A stretch of DNA of 64,000 nucleotides from Lachnospirales bacterium (GCA_047973385.1 JBKEBX010000024.1:5-64004); one strand, 5' to 3'. Shown: positions 17,265 to 28,043, counted from the first letter of the stretch. The notes: generated by a model not told the origin, from the letters alone. Numbers and translations are program-made.

Positions 17265-17366
17265 TTGCAAAATATAGAAAAATCCATTTTCATAGCAAAA
17301 CAACGGTTACTTGTGAGAAAAAAAGTAGAAATGGCATATCGCCACTATTTTCTGGCATTTACAAAT
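17265..17366 (+). repeat. Dispersed intergenic repeat, copy E4 (partial)
   Basis: TTGCAAAATATAGAAAAATCCATTTTCATAGCAAAACAACGG ... GCCACTATTTTCTGGCATTTACAAAT. It lacks the ATGGCGACC start. Confidence 0.6.
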
Positions 17367-17422
17367 AAAAAAGACTAGAAATCTTAAAACTTTCTAATCT
17401 TTTAAAAATCTATATTTACAAT

Positions 17423-18436
17423 CTAAATTATACCAATCTTGTTTTTAACTTTATCAACTACTTCTGTTCCTTTAATAATTGCTTTTTCTTCACCAATTTT
17501 ATAAATTTTTTCTAAGTAATCTGGATTATTTAAAAGCTCAATTCTTTTTTCTTGTACAGGTCTAAGGGTTTCAACGATTGCCTCTGCAACTTCTTTTTTA
17601 AAAGTACCGTAGTTTGCACCTTCAAAATGAGCTAATGCATTTTCAATTGATGTGTTTGTAAGGGAAGTATAAATATTTAAAAGGTTTTTAACACCTAATT
17701 GTTCATCATTGTATGCTACAACCCCCATTGTATCTGTAACAGCTTTTTTAATCTTTTTTACAATCGTATCAGGTTCATCTATAACTAAAATATAACTATT
17801 TTTACTAACACTTGCATCTTGGTCAGACTTTGACATTTTCTTTGTAGGATTTGATAAATCCATAATTTTTGCACCTGTTTTACTAATTATAGGTTCAGGT
17901 ACAACAAATGTATCTCCATAATGATTATTAAATCTTATAGCAATATCACGAGCAAGTTCAACATGTTGTTTTTGGTCAACACCAACAGGTACAACATTTG
18001 TATCATACAATAATATATCTGCTGCCATAAGTATAGGATATGAAAATACACCAACACCTATGTTTTGGTTTTTACTAATCTTTGCAACCTTATCTTTGTA
18101 TTGGGTCATACGGTTAAGTTCCCCCATATAACTGTTGCAAGTAAGAAGCCATGAAAGTTCTGTATGTTGTGGTACTCTTGACTGAATAAACAAAGTGCAT
18201 TTTTCAGGGTCAATACCTGAAGCAATATAAGTTGCTAAAACATCAAGAGTTCTGTTTCTAAGGTTTTCGCTATCTTGTCTTTCTGTAATAGCATGAAGAT
18301 TTACAACAGGAAAAAAACAGTTATATTCATCAATCATCTTTTGCCAAGAATTAATCGCTCCAATGTAATTTCCAAGAGTTAAATCACCTGTTGGCTTAAT
18401 TCCGCTTAATAAATTTTTCTTTTCCATTTTAATCAC
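17423..18436 (-). CDS. trpS: Tryptophanyl-tRNA synthetase
   Basis: 337 aa. The GDLTLGNYIGA region (HIGH-class motif) and KMSKS are present. Confidence 0.97.
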   Translation of the reverse strand: MIKMEKKNLLSGIKPTGDLTLGNYIGAINSWQKMIDEYNCFFPVVNLHAITERQDSENLRNRTLDVLATYIASGIDPEKCTLFIQSRVPQHTELSWLLTCNSYMGELNRMTQYKDKVAKISKNQNIGVGVFSYPILMAADILLYDTNVVPVGVDQKQHVELARDIAIRFNNHYGDTFVVPEPIISKTGAKIMDLSNPTKKMSKSDQDASVSKNSYILVIDEPDTIVKKIKKAVTDTMGVVAYNDEQLGVKNLLNIYTSLTNTSIENALAHFEGANYGTFKKEVAEAIVETLRPVQEKRIELLNNPDYLEKIYKIGEEKAIIKGTEVVDKVKNKIGII

Positions 18437-18481
18437 CTCTATTTTATTTTTTTCATGCTATCTTAGTTGTTAAGTAATTAA

Positions 18482-19255
18482 TCAACAACTTAAATTAACA
18501 TCTATGACAATGGTATACTTTTCTCCAACTTTATCAACTTTATAATTGGCAATTTCTCTACCTTCATTTAAAAACTCCATAGCCTCATCAAGTGTATCTG
18601 TAAGTAGTGAAATATCTCTAAAATTTCTATGTATACTAAAGTTTTCGTTAAAGTTTTCAACTAACTTATCAAACTCATAAAAACTCATGTTTTTAAATAA
18701 CGCAATTTCTAAAAGTTCAAGTTGTTTTTTCTCATCATCAACTTTTAGTATAACTTTTCCATATTGCTCTGTCAAGTTATTTGTTATTAAAAAATTTTTT
18801 ATTTTGTCTTTTAAAGTTAATAATCTAAGTTTTTCAAAAAGTATATTTTTACTTAAACCCACTTTTTCTGCAAGTTCTTGAACTGTTAAATTTTGCTGTT
18901 TCATAAGCTTAACATAACATTCAGCTTCATCAAAATAGTTTAAATCACATTTTTGAATATTTTCTATAAAAGACAACATAGCTGAATCTTCATCACTACT
19001 ATTTACGATTATTGTTGGAATATATGTAAGCCCTATAAGTTTACATGCTTTAAGGCGTCTTTCTCCAGCTACAAGTTCAAATTTACCATCACATACTCTA
19101 ACAGTTATAGGTTGCAAAATACCGTTTTCTTTTATTGATTTAGCAAGACTATATAAATTATCTTTATCAAATTGCTTTCTTGGTTGGTATTTGTTTGGTA
19201 ATATACTTTCAATTTTCAAACTAACAATTTCTTTTTCAAATTTTAAACTTCCCAT
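18482..19255 (-). CDS. ParB/Noc-family DNA-binding protein (Spo0J paralogue)
   Basis: 257 aa. ParB N-terminal box QPRK.F, the GERRLKA (GERRxRA) motif and an HTH region. It occupies the position next to rsmG where noc sits in Bacillus. It ends with TGA, the only TGA terminator I found in the window. Confidence 0.8.
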   Translation of the reverse strand: MGSLKFEKEIVSLKIESILPNKYQPRKQFDKDNLYSLAKSIKENGILQPITVRVCDGKFELVAGERRLKACKLIGLTYIPTIIVNSSDEDSAMLSFIENIQKCDLNYFDEAECYVKLMKQQNLTVQELAEKVGLSKNILFEKLRLLTLKDKIKNFLITNNLTEQYGKVILKVDDEKKQLELLEIALFKNMSFYEFDKLVENFNENFSIHRNFRDISLLTDTLDEAMEFLNEGREIANYKVDKVGEKYTIVIDVNLSC

Positions 19256-19379
19256 AGTTTTAGCCCCTTTTTTATATAAATTTGTTCTCTTTTGTATATG
19301 GAAAGTATAACATAAATTTACTTAAAACCTTAAATTCAAAATTGAATAAAAACGACAAACAACGCTAAAATCCACGTTT

Positions 19380-20099
19380 TTATAACGGCTTCTTCGTAAC
19401 AATACCTGCTTTTCTAGGGTACTTTGTCGAAATATTCGATATTTTTCTTAAACTTACAATAAAATGTTTAATTTCTGTTGTAGGTAAAACAACACTTACA
19501 ACCTTTTCAAACTCTAATTTTGTTTCACTAAAAGCATTTTTGGCATCAAATATCTCATCTTCATAAGCTCTACCTTTTAGAGCAATAAACTTACCATCAA
19601 CTCTTATAAATGGTGAACAAAACTCGCTTAAAACCCTGAAGTTCGCAACAGCACGAGCTACACAAATATCATAATTTTCTCTATACTGTTCATCTTTTGC
19701 TAAATCCTCAACTCTGCTATGAACCGTTTCTATATTTTTGAGTTCTAAAAGTTCTATAACTTCATCTAAAAATTTAACTCGTTTGTTTAAACTATCTACA
19801 AGAGTAAAATGCACATTTGGAAGTAAAATTTTAAGAGGAATACTTGGAAAACCTGCCCCTGTTCCTACATCAATAACTTTATCCCTATCTTTAAAATCAT
19901 AAGCCTTAAGTAGTGATATACTATCACAAAAATGCTTTATAATAACCTCTTTTTCTTCTGTTATAGCCGTTAAATTCATATGTTTATTTTTTTCAATAAG
20001 CAAATAAAAATATTTCTCAAATTTATTTAGACTTTCATCACTTACTTCAATATTCATTTGTAGGTCATTTATACAGTTTCTTAAAAATTCCTTATTCAT
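19380..20099 (-). CDS. rsmG: 16S rRNA (guanine527-N7)-methyltransferase RsmG (GidB)
   Basis: NLTAI...HF.DS...DVGTGAGFPSIPLKI motifs. The ORF track starts at 20120; the internal ATG at 20099 (MNKEFL...) fits the family length better. Start uncertain. Confidence 0.93.
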   Translation of the reverse strand: MNKEFLRNCINDLQMNIEVSDESLNKFEKYFYLLIEKNKHMNLTAITEEKEVIIKHFCDSISLLKAYDFKDRDKVIDVGTGAGFPSIPLKILLPNVHFTLVDSLNKRVKFLDEVIELLELKNIETVHSRVEDLAKDEQYRENYDICVARAVANFRVLSEFCSPFIRVDGKFIALKGRAYEDEIFDAKNAFSETKLEFEKVVSVVLPTTEIKHFIVSLRKISNISTKYPRKAGIVTKKPL

Positions 20100-20178
20100 A
20101 AAACCTCTATTTCTATACATTTATAGTTAAAAATTTACCATTACCTTTATTGTAGCATAAGATAATTATCCATGATTA

Positions 20179-20433
20179 TTATACCATAAAGTAATTTTCA
20201 TAGAAAATTACAATAATCTTAATGTGTAGCTGTATTTATGTAGCTATGCATTTAGTTTATTATACCTTAAAGTAATTTTCATAGAAAATTACAATAATCT
20301 TAATGTGTAGCTGTATTTATGTAGCTACGCATTTAGTTTATTATACCATAAAGTAATTTTCATAGAAAATTACAATAATCTTAATGTGTAGCTGTATTTA
20401 TGTAGCTACGCATTTAGTTTATTATACCATATA
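20179..20433. repeat. Tandem array C of the 81-bp double-hairpin repeat (3 units plus a partial one; orientation as array A)
   Basis: TTATACC unit starts at 20179, 20260, 20341 and 20422 (period exactly 81). Hairpin 1 variant GTAATTTTC-ATA-GAAAATTAC (e.g. 20191-20211). Hairpin 2 variant GTAGCTGTA-TTTA-TGTAGCTA(C/T). Minus-strand TGGTATAAT boxes (e.g. rc of 20178-20186). Confidence 0.9.
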
Positions 20434-20507
20434 AATAATATTTTTGTATAATAAAACTTGATACTTTTGCGTATATATTGTAAAATAGATATATTACATA
20501 AAGGAAG

Positions 20508-21971
20508 ATGATTATTATGATTAAAATAAATAAAAAGATTTTTGCTTTTTCAATATTTTTAACAACTCTAAATTTGTATCCTACACAAGTTAAAGCTAGT
20601 TCTGAAATTTTCATACCTAAATTCGAAGAAAATAACTTGAATTTTAATAATGAAAATAATTCTAGTTACAATGATAACAATAACACTTTTGTAAATACAA
20701 CAAATAAAGAAAATAATGAAATTGAACCTATAAACAATGATAATTCAACAATTCTTAACTCTAATGTTGAAAACAATTTAGAAAGCTCAATTGAAAATAC
20801 AGTTATAGAAAACCAAATTACTGAAGAAGTTACAGAAGTAAAATCAGAAGTTAACAATATAAATGATGAAGAAATAACTGAAGACTTATCAGAAATTAAC
20901 TCTGAAATTACTAAAACAACTGAAAACAGTGAAGAAATAGTAGAGGAAGTAACAAAAGAAACACCTAAAAAAATTGACATTGAAAATATGGAAAAAACAG
21001 TTGTTGTTCATGACGCAACAGGAATTGAAGTAAATTATATAAGTAAAAACAATTATCCCGATATAATACCTAATGAGATGAACGATATTATAATAGCTAT
21101 GTACCATGGAGTTTCTGCCGATATAAAAGATAATGATTCTGTACATAGAAGTATAAAAGGTTTTAAAGAAGATTTAGAACTTATGTATCAAAATGGTTAT
21201 AGACCTATTTCTATGGAAGACTTAATGAGCAATAACATATCTATTGAGGCTGGTTTAACCCCTATTGTTATAACTTTTGATGACGGTCTTAGTTCAACTT
21301 TTTCTCTTACTAAAGACGAAAACGGTAACTTTATACCTGTTACAGATACTGCTGTTGACATTTTAGAAAAATTTAACGAAAGCCACTCTGATTTTGGAAC
21401 TTTTGGCATGTTTTATCTGTACACTTCCCAACGACCTTTTAAAGGAGAAGGAACTGTTTTAGATGCTATAAACTATTTAACTGATAAAGGTTATGAGATT
21501 GGTAACCATACATATAGTCACCCTTTTTTAACAAAACTATCTGCCTCAGAAATCCAAAAAGAAATGGCTTTATCAACTAAATACATACACGAAAACTCAA
21601 ATGGTATAACTACAAAATATGTAGCTTATCCATATGGCGAAATACCAGATAACTGGCTTGATAAATACCTTTTAAATGGTGAATATGATGGATATTCATA
21701 TAACTTCCATTCAGGAGTTTTAGCTACTCCAAATATGTCAACTTCCACTTTAGTTTATTCAAATAAATTTGATAAATACAAAGTTGGTAGATATAGAGGT
21801 ACAAATAACTCTGTTTATGATTTAAATTGGAAGATACAAAAAGATTTAACTAATAATAGCCAATTTATATCCGATGGCGACCCTGATACTATAACTATTT
21901 TAGATGAGGATTTTCATAAGATAAACCTAAATACAGTCAAAGATAAAACATTAGTAGTAATTACTGATTAA
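20508..21971 (+). CDS. Secreted polysaccharide deacetylase (NodB homology domain) with Asn/Glu-rich low-complexity linker
   Basis: 487 aa. Signal peptide (...LYPTQVKASS), then ITFDDGLSS and GNHTYSHP NodB motifs. ATG at 20517 is better spaced from AAGGAAG than 20508. Confidence 0.85.
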   Translation: MIIMIKINKKIFAFSIFLTTLNLYPTQVKASSEIFIPKFEENNLNFNNENNSSYNDNNNTFVNTTNKENNEIEPINNDNSTILNSNVENNLESSIENTVIENQITEEVTEVKSEVNNINDEEITEDLSEINSEITKTTENSEEIVEEVTKETPKKIDIENMEKTVVVHDATGIEVNYISKNNYPDIIPNEMNDIIIAMYHGVSADIKDNDSVHRSIKGFKEDLELMYQNGYRPISMEDLMSNNISIEAGLTPIVITFDDGLSSTFSLTKDENGNFIPVTDTAVDILEKFNESHSDFGTFGMFYLYTSQRPFKGEGTVLDAINYLTDKGYEIGNHTYSHPFLTKLSASEIQKEMALSTKYIHENSNGITTKYVAYPYGEIPDNWLDKYLLNGEYDGYSYNFHSGVLATPNMSTSTLVYSNKFDKYKVGRYRGTNNSVYDLNWKIQKDLTNNSQFISDGDPDTITILDEDFHKINLNTVKDKTLVVITD

Positions 21972-21974
21972 AAA

Positions 21975-22010
21975 AACCCCTAAAGTTTTAATAAACTTTA
22001 GGGGTTTTTA
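21975..22010 (+). terminator. Rho-independent terminator
   Basis: AACCCCTAAAGTTT-TAA-TAAACTTTAGGGGTT followed by TTTTA. Confidence 0.85.
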
Positions 22011-22050
22011 TTAATTGTGGCATCACCCACAAAGTGTAATTATTCGACGA

Positions 22051-22105
22051 CTTCAAAAGCAATAACACAGAAAAAACAAATTTTGAAATGTTGCCATTTG
22101 TTTTT
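22051..22105 (-). repeat. Possible degenerate copy (E7) of the dispersed repeat
   Basis: AGAAAAAACAAATTTT is shared with E3, and ...GAAATGTTGCCATTTG resembles the GCAAGGTCGCCATTT end. The match is weak and partial. Confidence 0.3.
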
Positions 22106-24010
22106 TTACAACTTTCTTTCAAGGTGTATAAGTAACACGCTTATATCTGCTGGTGAAACTCCTGTTATACGACTTGCATGACCTATATTTTCAGGCTTTA
22201 ACTTATTTAACTTTTGCTTTGCCTCTATTCTTAAACCTTCAATTAAATCATAGTCCATATCTTTGGATAATTTCTTATTTTCAAGTCTTTTAAACTCTTT
22301 AACATGTTTAAGTTGTTTTTCTATATATCCATGATATTTAAGTTGTATATTTACTTGTTCTTTTACATCGAAAGATAATTCTTTTTTATCTTCTGATTTA
22401 TCAAGTTCAATTAATTTGTCATAGGATAACTCTGGACGTCTAATTAAATCAATAAGTTTTACACCTGTTGTAATAGGTGTACTATTGTTTTTCTCTAACA
22501 CCTCTATAACTTCCTTAGATGGTGGGATATTAACATTAGAAATTCTCTCAATTTCATTATCTATATCTCTTTGTTTTTGAACTACACTATTATACCTATC
22601 TTCTGATATAAGGGTATTTGGGGCAAGTTTATACATATGTCTTGTAAGTCTAAGGTCTGCGTTATCTTGTCTTAATAATAGTCTGTATTCTGCACGTGAT
22701 GTCATCATACGATAAGGCTCATTTGTACCCTTTGTAACTAAATCATCAATAAGTACGCCTATATATCCCATTGACCTATCTATAATAAGTGGTGGCTTGT
22801 TAAGGCATGATAGCCCTGCATTTATACCTGCAACAAGACCTTGACAACCTGCTTCTTCATATCCACTACTACCGTTAAACTGACCTGCACAATAGAGACC
22901 TGATATATTTTTAAGCTCAAGTGTAAGCTTTAAACTTGTAGCGTCTATACAGTCATATTCTATTGCATAAGCAGGACGTGTAAATTCGCAATTTTCAAGA
23001 CCTTCTATACTTCTGTACATAGCAACTTGCACATCCAAAGGAAGTGATGAACTCATACCTTGTATGTAATATTCCTGTGTACCAAGTCCTTCAGGTTCAA
23101 TAAAAACTTGATGCCTTTCCTTATCGGCAAATCTTTTTATCTTATCTTCGATAGAAGGACAATATCTTGCACCAGTACCTTCTATAACTCCTGTATACAT
23201 AGGGCTTCTCTCTATATTATCAGATATAATTTTATGAGTTTCTTTATTTGTATAAGTTAAATAACACTTGATTTGGTCAATTTGAATATCTTCTCTATTT
23301 GTTGTAAAAGAAAATGGGGTAATTATCTCATCACCAAGTTGTTCTTCCATCTTAGAAAAATCAATACTGTTTTTATGAACTCTTGCAGGGGTTCCCGTTT
23401 TAAAGCGTAATAAATCTAGTCCAAATTCATTTAAACTATTTGAAAGTTCTTTAGAATTACGAAGTCCATTAGGCCCACTATTTATAATAGTTTCACCATA
23501 CAAACATCTCGAGTTTAAATAAGTACCCGTTGAAATAATCGCTTTTTTACATTTTGTAACAGAGCCGTCTTCTAAAACAACTCCTACAACTTGATTATTA
23601 TCTGTTAAAATTTCTTTAACTTCCATTTGAACAACTTTTAGATTATCTTGATTTTCAAGTACTTTAAGCATTTCTTTTGTATATTTATACTTATCTACTT
23701 GCACTCTAAGGGAATGTACAGCAGGACCTTTTCCAGTGTTTAACATTCTACTTTGTATAAAAGTTTTATCAGTAAGTTTACCCATTTCCCCACCAAGTGC
23801 GTCAATTTCCTTAACTAAATGACCTTTAGAACTTCCTCCAACGTTAGGGTTACATGGCATCATAGCCACATTATCAATATTTAAAGTATATAGAACAGTT
23901 TTAAGACCAAGTCTAGCACTTGCAAGACTTGCCTCACAACCGGCATGACCTCCACCTATAACACAAATATCCACATTATCCATAACAAATCTATCTTTTA
24001 AAAACTCCAT
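22106..24010 (-). CDS. mnmG: tRNA uridine-5-carboxymethylaminomethyl modification enzyme MnmG (GidA)
   Basis: 634 aa. [14 protein letters not shown] motif with family-wide conservation throughout. Confidence 0.97.
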   Translation of the reverse strand: MEFLKDRFVMDNVDICVIGGGHAGCEASLASARLGLKTVLYTLNIDNVAMMPCNPNVGGSSKGHLVKEIDALGGEMGKLTDKTFIQSRMLNTGKGPAVHSLRVQVDKYKYTKEMLKVLENQDNLKVVQMEVKEILTDNNQVVGVVLEDGSVTKCKKAIISTGTYLNSRCLYGETIINSGPNGLRNSKELSNSLNEFGLDLLRFKTGTPARVHKNSIDFSKMEEQLGDEIITPFSFTTNREDIQIDQIKCYLTYTNKETHKIISDNIERSPMYTGVIEGTGARYCPSIEDKIKRFADKERHQVFIEPEGLGTQEYYIQGMSSSLPLDVQVAMYRSIEGLENCEFTRPAYAIEYDCIDATSLKLTLELKNISGLYCAGQFNGSSGYEEAGCQGLVAGINAGLSCLNKPPLIIDRSMGYIGVLIDDLVTKGTNEPYRMMTSRAEYRLLLRQDNADLRLTRHMYKLAPNTLISEDRYNSVVQKQRDIDNEIERISNVNIPPSKEVIEVLEKNNSTPITTGVKLIDLIRRPELSYDKLIELDKSEDKKELSFDVKEQVNIQLKYHGYIEKQLKHVKEFKRLENKKLSKDMDYDLIEGLRIEAKQKLNKLKPENIGHASRITGVSPADISVLLIHLERKL

Positions 24011-24020
24011 TTATTTACAC

Positions 24021-25394
24021 CTACTTACCTAAACAAAATTCAGAGAAAATCTTATCAATTATATCTTCATCTAAATTTACACCTAAAATCTCACCTAAAT
24101 ATTCATAACTACTTGTTATATCAATAACTATTAAATCTTCTGTCATACCCATATCAATTCCCTCTATACAGTTTTTAAGAGATTTTAAAGAGTTTTCTAA
24201 TAAGTTTTTATGTCTTGAATTAGTTATTATAATATTATCTTTATCTGAGGATATATCACCTGATAAAAATCTGTCCTTTATGATTTTATATAGTTTTTCT
24301 ATACCTATATCTTCTTTTGCTGATATTTCTACAATACTATTTCCAAGTTTTTTTTCTAAAACATCTTTTTCGATAACCATATTTAAATCTATTTTATTAA
24401 TTATTGTAATAACTTTTTTATCTTTTATATTTTCAATAATTTCATAATCTTCATCACTAAGTTTTTCACTTCCGTCAACAACATATAAAACTAAATCTGC
24501 TTCTTTATATGCAAGTATACTACGTTCTACACCTATTTTTTCAACTAAATCATCGGTTTTACGAATACCTGCTGTATCTATAATTTTAAGAGGTATATCA
24601 TTTATATTTACATATTCACTTATAATATCTCGTGTTGTTCCTGCAACATTTGTAACAATAGCTTTTTCTTCTCCAACAAATATATTTAAAATACTAGATT
24701 TTCCTACATTTGCCTGTCCTATTATAGCTGTGTTTAAACCTTCTTTTAAAATTTTGCCATTTTTAAAACTTTCTATAAGTTTTGTTATATCTTGAATTAT
24801 ACTTACACTTTGCTCTTTTATCTCATTAAAATTTGTTTCTTCCATATCATGTTCAGGGTAATCAATAGAGGCTTCAATGTTTGCAATCATAAGAATTAAT
24901 TTTTCTCGAAGTCCTTCAATTTTATTTTTAAGTTTACCATTTAAGTTATTTGTTGCAACTTCAAGGTTTTTATCAGTAACAGCTTCTATAACTTCTTTTA
25001 TAGCTTCAGCTTCACTTAAATCTATTCTACCATTTAAAAAAGCTCTTTTAGTAAACTCTCCTTTTTCAGCAATTCTTGCACCATTTTTAAGTACTAGGTC
25101 TAAAACTTTTTGAGTTACTTTCATACCACCATGACAATTTATTTCAACAACATCTTCACAAGTATAAGTTTTTTTACCAAGCATAATACTAACTAAAACT
25201 TCATCTACAAGAATATTTTCATCATAAATATGGCCATAATAAATTTTATGACTTTTAAAGCTTTTAGATTTTGTTTTAAAAATCTTTTTTAGTATGTTTA
25301 AACTTTCATTACCACTTAATCTTATAATACTAATACCACCACTACCAATAGGTGTGGATATAGCACATATTGTTTCGGACATTGATTTTATCAT
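24021..25394 (-). CDS. mnmE: tRNA modification GTPase MnmE (TrmE)
   Basis: TICAISTP.GSGGISIIRLSG, G-domain GQANVGKSS / DTAG / NKID, and C-terminal CLGK. The ORF track starts at GTG 25403; ATG at 25394 follows AAAGGTGA. Confidence 0.97.
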   Translation of the reverse strand: MIKSMSETICAISTPIGSGGISIIRLSGNESLNILKKIFKTKSKSFKSHKIYYGHIYDENILVDEVLVSIMLGKKTYTCEDVVEINCHGGMKVTQKVLDLVLKNGARIAEKGEFTKRAFLNGRIDLSEAEAIKEVIEAVTDKNLEVATNNLNGKLKNKIEGLREKLILMIANIEASIDYPEHDMEETNFNEIKEQSVSIIQDITKLIESFKNGKILKEGLNTAIIGQANVGKSSILNIFVGEEKAIVTNVAGTTRDIISEYVNINDIPLKIIDTAGIRKTDDLVEKIGVERSILAYKEADLVLYVVDGSEKLSDEDYEIIENIKDKKVITIINKIDLNMVIEKDVLEKKLGNSIVEISAKEDIGIEKLYKIIKDRFLSGDISSDKDNIIITNSRHKNLLENSLKSLKNCIEGIDMGMTEDLIVIDITSSYEYLGEILGVNLDEDIIDKIFSEFCLGK

Positions 25395-25544
25395 ATTTTT
25401 CACCTTTATTTTTACAAAGTTTTAAGTTACTTACATCTAAGAATTATATCATTAAATCAGCTAAAATTCAATATAGAACTATTGCCTTTTAAATAAAAAT
25501 GCAAAGAGGCATCTTCCCTTTGCATTTTTTATATTACATATGGT

Positions 25545-26162
25545 TTATTTCTTCTTAAGACTTATAATAATATGTCTATTACCGTCTTTACCTTCACTAT
25601 GTGTGTGAATATCCTTTGCATCTTGTAATGCACTATGAATAATTCTACGCTCATATGAACTCATAGGTTCAAGATATACACTTTTCTTAGTATCACGAAC
25701 TTTTTTAGCTAAGTTTCTAGCAAGTTTTTCAAGAGTTACTCGTCTTTTAGAACGATAGTTTTCACAATCTAAAATTATGTTAACATATTGAGCCTTACCT
25801 TTATTAACTGTAAGTGATGTAAGATGTTGTATACTATCAAGAGTTTGGCCATGTTTACCTATAAGTATTCCTAGATTTTCACCAACAAGGTTTACATTTA
25901 AAGTGTTTTCTTTTTCAGTTATTTCAACATCTACTAAAATATCCATAGCTATTGTAATTTCTTTTATAAAATCTGTAATAATTTTTTTAGGTTCAAACTT
26001 AACTTTAGCTTCTACAACTGCTTCTTTAGCACCGAAACCTAAAAAACCTTTACTTCCTTCAGTTACAACATTTATTTCAAGTTCTGATTTATCCTTAACA
26101 TTTAGATTTTTTATAGCAAGACTAATTGCTTCGTCTAATGTTTTACCAGTAAATTTTTCCAT
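25545..26162 (-). CDS. jag: Jag/KhpB RNA-binding protein (Jag_N + KH + R3H)
   Basis: 205 aa. C-terminal R3H (ERRIIHSAL) and a KH-like core (GKHGQTLDSIQ). Conserved position downstream of yidC. Confidence 0.9.
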   Translation of the reverse strand: MEKFTGKTLDEAISLAIKNLNVKDKSELEINVVTEGSKGFLGFGAKEAVVEAKVKFEPKKIITDFIKEITIAMDILVDVEITEKENTLNVNLVGENLGILIGKHGQTLDSIQHLTSLTVNKGKAQYVNIILDCENYRSKRRVTLEKLARNLAKKVRDTKKSVYLEPMSSYERRIIHSALQDAKDIHTHSEGKDGNRHIIISLKKK

Positions 26163-26176
26163 TTATCTTTCCCCCT

Positions 26177-27361
26177 TTATTTTTTTCCGTCTTTTGGACT
26201 ATTTTTCTTATGCGTATTCTTAAAGTTGAAATCTTGATAATCCTTATGACCTTTACCCTTGTTCATACTTCGATTTGGGTGGCCATATCTATTTGCATGT
26301 TTTTCTTTTGGTTGCTCTAGTTGTGGTAAAGGTTTTTTTGCATTTTTTTCATCATGTTTTTCTTCAATCTCAAATTTTTCATCAGCTTTTGACTTTATAT
26401 TTAAGAAAACTTGTTGACCAATTTGGAAAATAGAAGAAGTTATCCAATACACACCAACACCTGCTGTAAGTCCTACTGTCATAAAAAACATCATAATAGG
26501 CATAACATACATCATACTTTTCATTTGTGCATTTTGAGCTGAGCTTGATTGTCGCATTGACACAAAAGAAGTTAAGAAAGTTGTAAATGCAACTAAAATA
26601 GGAATCAATATACCTGGAAACGCCCAACCTGCTGCATTTGTAAGGTCTATACCAACAAAACTTTCAATAGTCGCTTTTTGTTCAAAAAAAGCTGTAACTG
26701 GTTGCTGAAGTTCTGGTAAAGCAGTTGTTAAAGTTGTCCAACTTTCTGTTGACATTTTATTTACTACTTTTAAAACACTATCAATTGTGTTTATATCAAA
26801 ATTCTCAGCACCTCTTTGTAACATAGGTGTTGCAATTTCTGAAAGTGTTGTTGCATAATTTGGTATTTCCATAATTTTTTCAGCCATAGCATTATAAATA
26901 TCACCTATTGTATGTACATAACGATAAGTGTTGTTCATCAAAAAGTTAAGTGCGATGAATATAGGCATTTGAATAAATAATGGTAAACAACCTGCAAGTG
27001 GATTTACTTTATGTTTTGCATATAGTTGTTGAATTTCCTGATTCATTAAAGCTTGTTTTTCTGTATCACCCTTTGGTATTTCTCCATATTTTGCCTTTAT
27101 CTTTTCCATTTCAGGTGTAAGTTTTTGCATAGCTTGCATAGACTTTTGACTTTTAAGTGCAAGTGGCAACATAATTATACGAACTAAAATAGTAAGCATA
27201 ATTATACTTACTCCTAAAGATTGGGCTGGAGACATGTTGTATACTATATTAAAAATAAAGTTAAATACAACACCTAAAAGACTTGTTATTGGCCCAACAA
27301 TAACACCTGGGTCATTTTGAATTATATTGGACAAGAAAATTTGTGTCAAAATTATCACCAT
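26177..27361 (-). CDS. yidC: Membrane protein insertase YidC/SpoIIIJ family with long basic C-terminal tail
   Basis: 394 aa. NPLAGCLPLFIQMPIF core motif, multiple TM segments, Lys/His-rich tail. The exact start is uncertain because no close RBS is present. Confidence 0.9.
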   Translation of the reverse strand: MVIILTQIFLSNIIQNDPGVIVGPITSLLGVVFNFIFNIVYNMSPAQSLGVSIIMLTILVRIIMLPLALKSQKSMQAMQKLTPEMEKIKAKYGEIPKGDTEKQALMNQEIQQLYAKHKVNPLAGCLPLFIQMPIFIALNFLMNNTYRYVHTIGDIYNAMAEKIMEIPNYATTLSEIATPMLQRGAENFDINTIDSVLKVVNKMSTESWTTLTTALPELQQPVTAFFEQKATIESFVGIDLTNAAGWAFPGILIPILVAFTTFLTSFVSMRQSSSAQNAQMKSMMYVMPIMMFFMTVGLTAGVGVYWITSSIFQIGQQVFLNIKSKADEKFEIEEKHDEKNAKKPLPQLEQPKEKHANRYGHPNRSMNKGKGHKDYQDFNFKNTHKKNSPKDGKK

Positions 27362-27399
27362 AGAATATTGTTTAATATTCTATTCCTTTCTTTATTGTT

Positions 27400-27612
27400 T
27401 TATGGGACAAAATCTATTCCACCTGGGTGAAAAGGATGACATTTTAAAATCCTTTTAACACTCAAAAAACCACCTTTTATAACTCCATGTTTTTCTACTG
27501 CCTCAAGGGCATAAGCAGAACAAGTAGGATAAAATCTACATCTAGGTGGAAAAAGTGGAGATATACCTTTCCTATAAAATTTAATTAAATATAGTAACAT
27601 CTTTTTTATCAT
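27400..27612 (-). CDS. yidD: Membrane protein insertion efficiency factor YidD
   Basis: [27 protein letters not shown] motif. The ORF track start at 27648 is probably too long; MIKKML at 27612 is likelier. Confidence 0.9.
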   Translation of the reverse strand: MIKKMLLYLIKFYRKGISPLFPPRCRFYPTCSAYALEAVEKHGVIKGGFLSVKRILKCHPFHPGGIDFVP

Positions 27613-27704
27613 AACTACTCCTTTAAAGTTAACTATTAAAATAGTCATCGGTTTAAAAGTTAGTAACTAAATATACGTTTATAAATTTATTATAGTTCTC
27701 TTAT

Positions 27705-28043
27705 TTATTTTGAATACAAATTTTGTTTTTTTAACAAATGCATCATACTTTTTTCAGTTTTAAAATAATTTAGTCCTACCATAGAGTTTCTAGCTATAAA
27801 TATAATGTCATAACCAACAAGTATGTTATCATCATTCAAACGGTAACTTTCTCTTATAAGTCTTGTTATTCTACTCCTAACAACAGAGTTTCCAACTTTT
27901 TTACTCACAGAAATACCTATACGATTATAACTTTTTTTATTCGGTAAAAAGTACATAACAAGTTGTCTATTTGCAATAGACTTTCCTCTGTTATATACTT
28001 TTCTAAAATCATTACTTTTCTTTAGAGATTCCCAGTTTTTCAA
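27705..28043 (-). CDS. rnpA: Ribonuclease P protein component
   Basis: 112 aa. FRKVY.RGKS, the GISVSKKVGNSVVRSR motif (the RNR motif), and its position after rpmH. Confidence 0.9.
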   Translation of the reverse strand: MKNWESLKKSNDFRKVYNRGKSIANRQLVMYFLPNKKSYNRIGISVSKKVGNSVVRSRITRLIRESYRLNDDNILVGYDIIFIARNSMVGLNYFKTEKSMMHLLKKQNLYSK

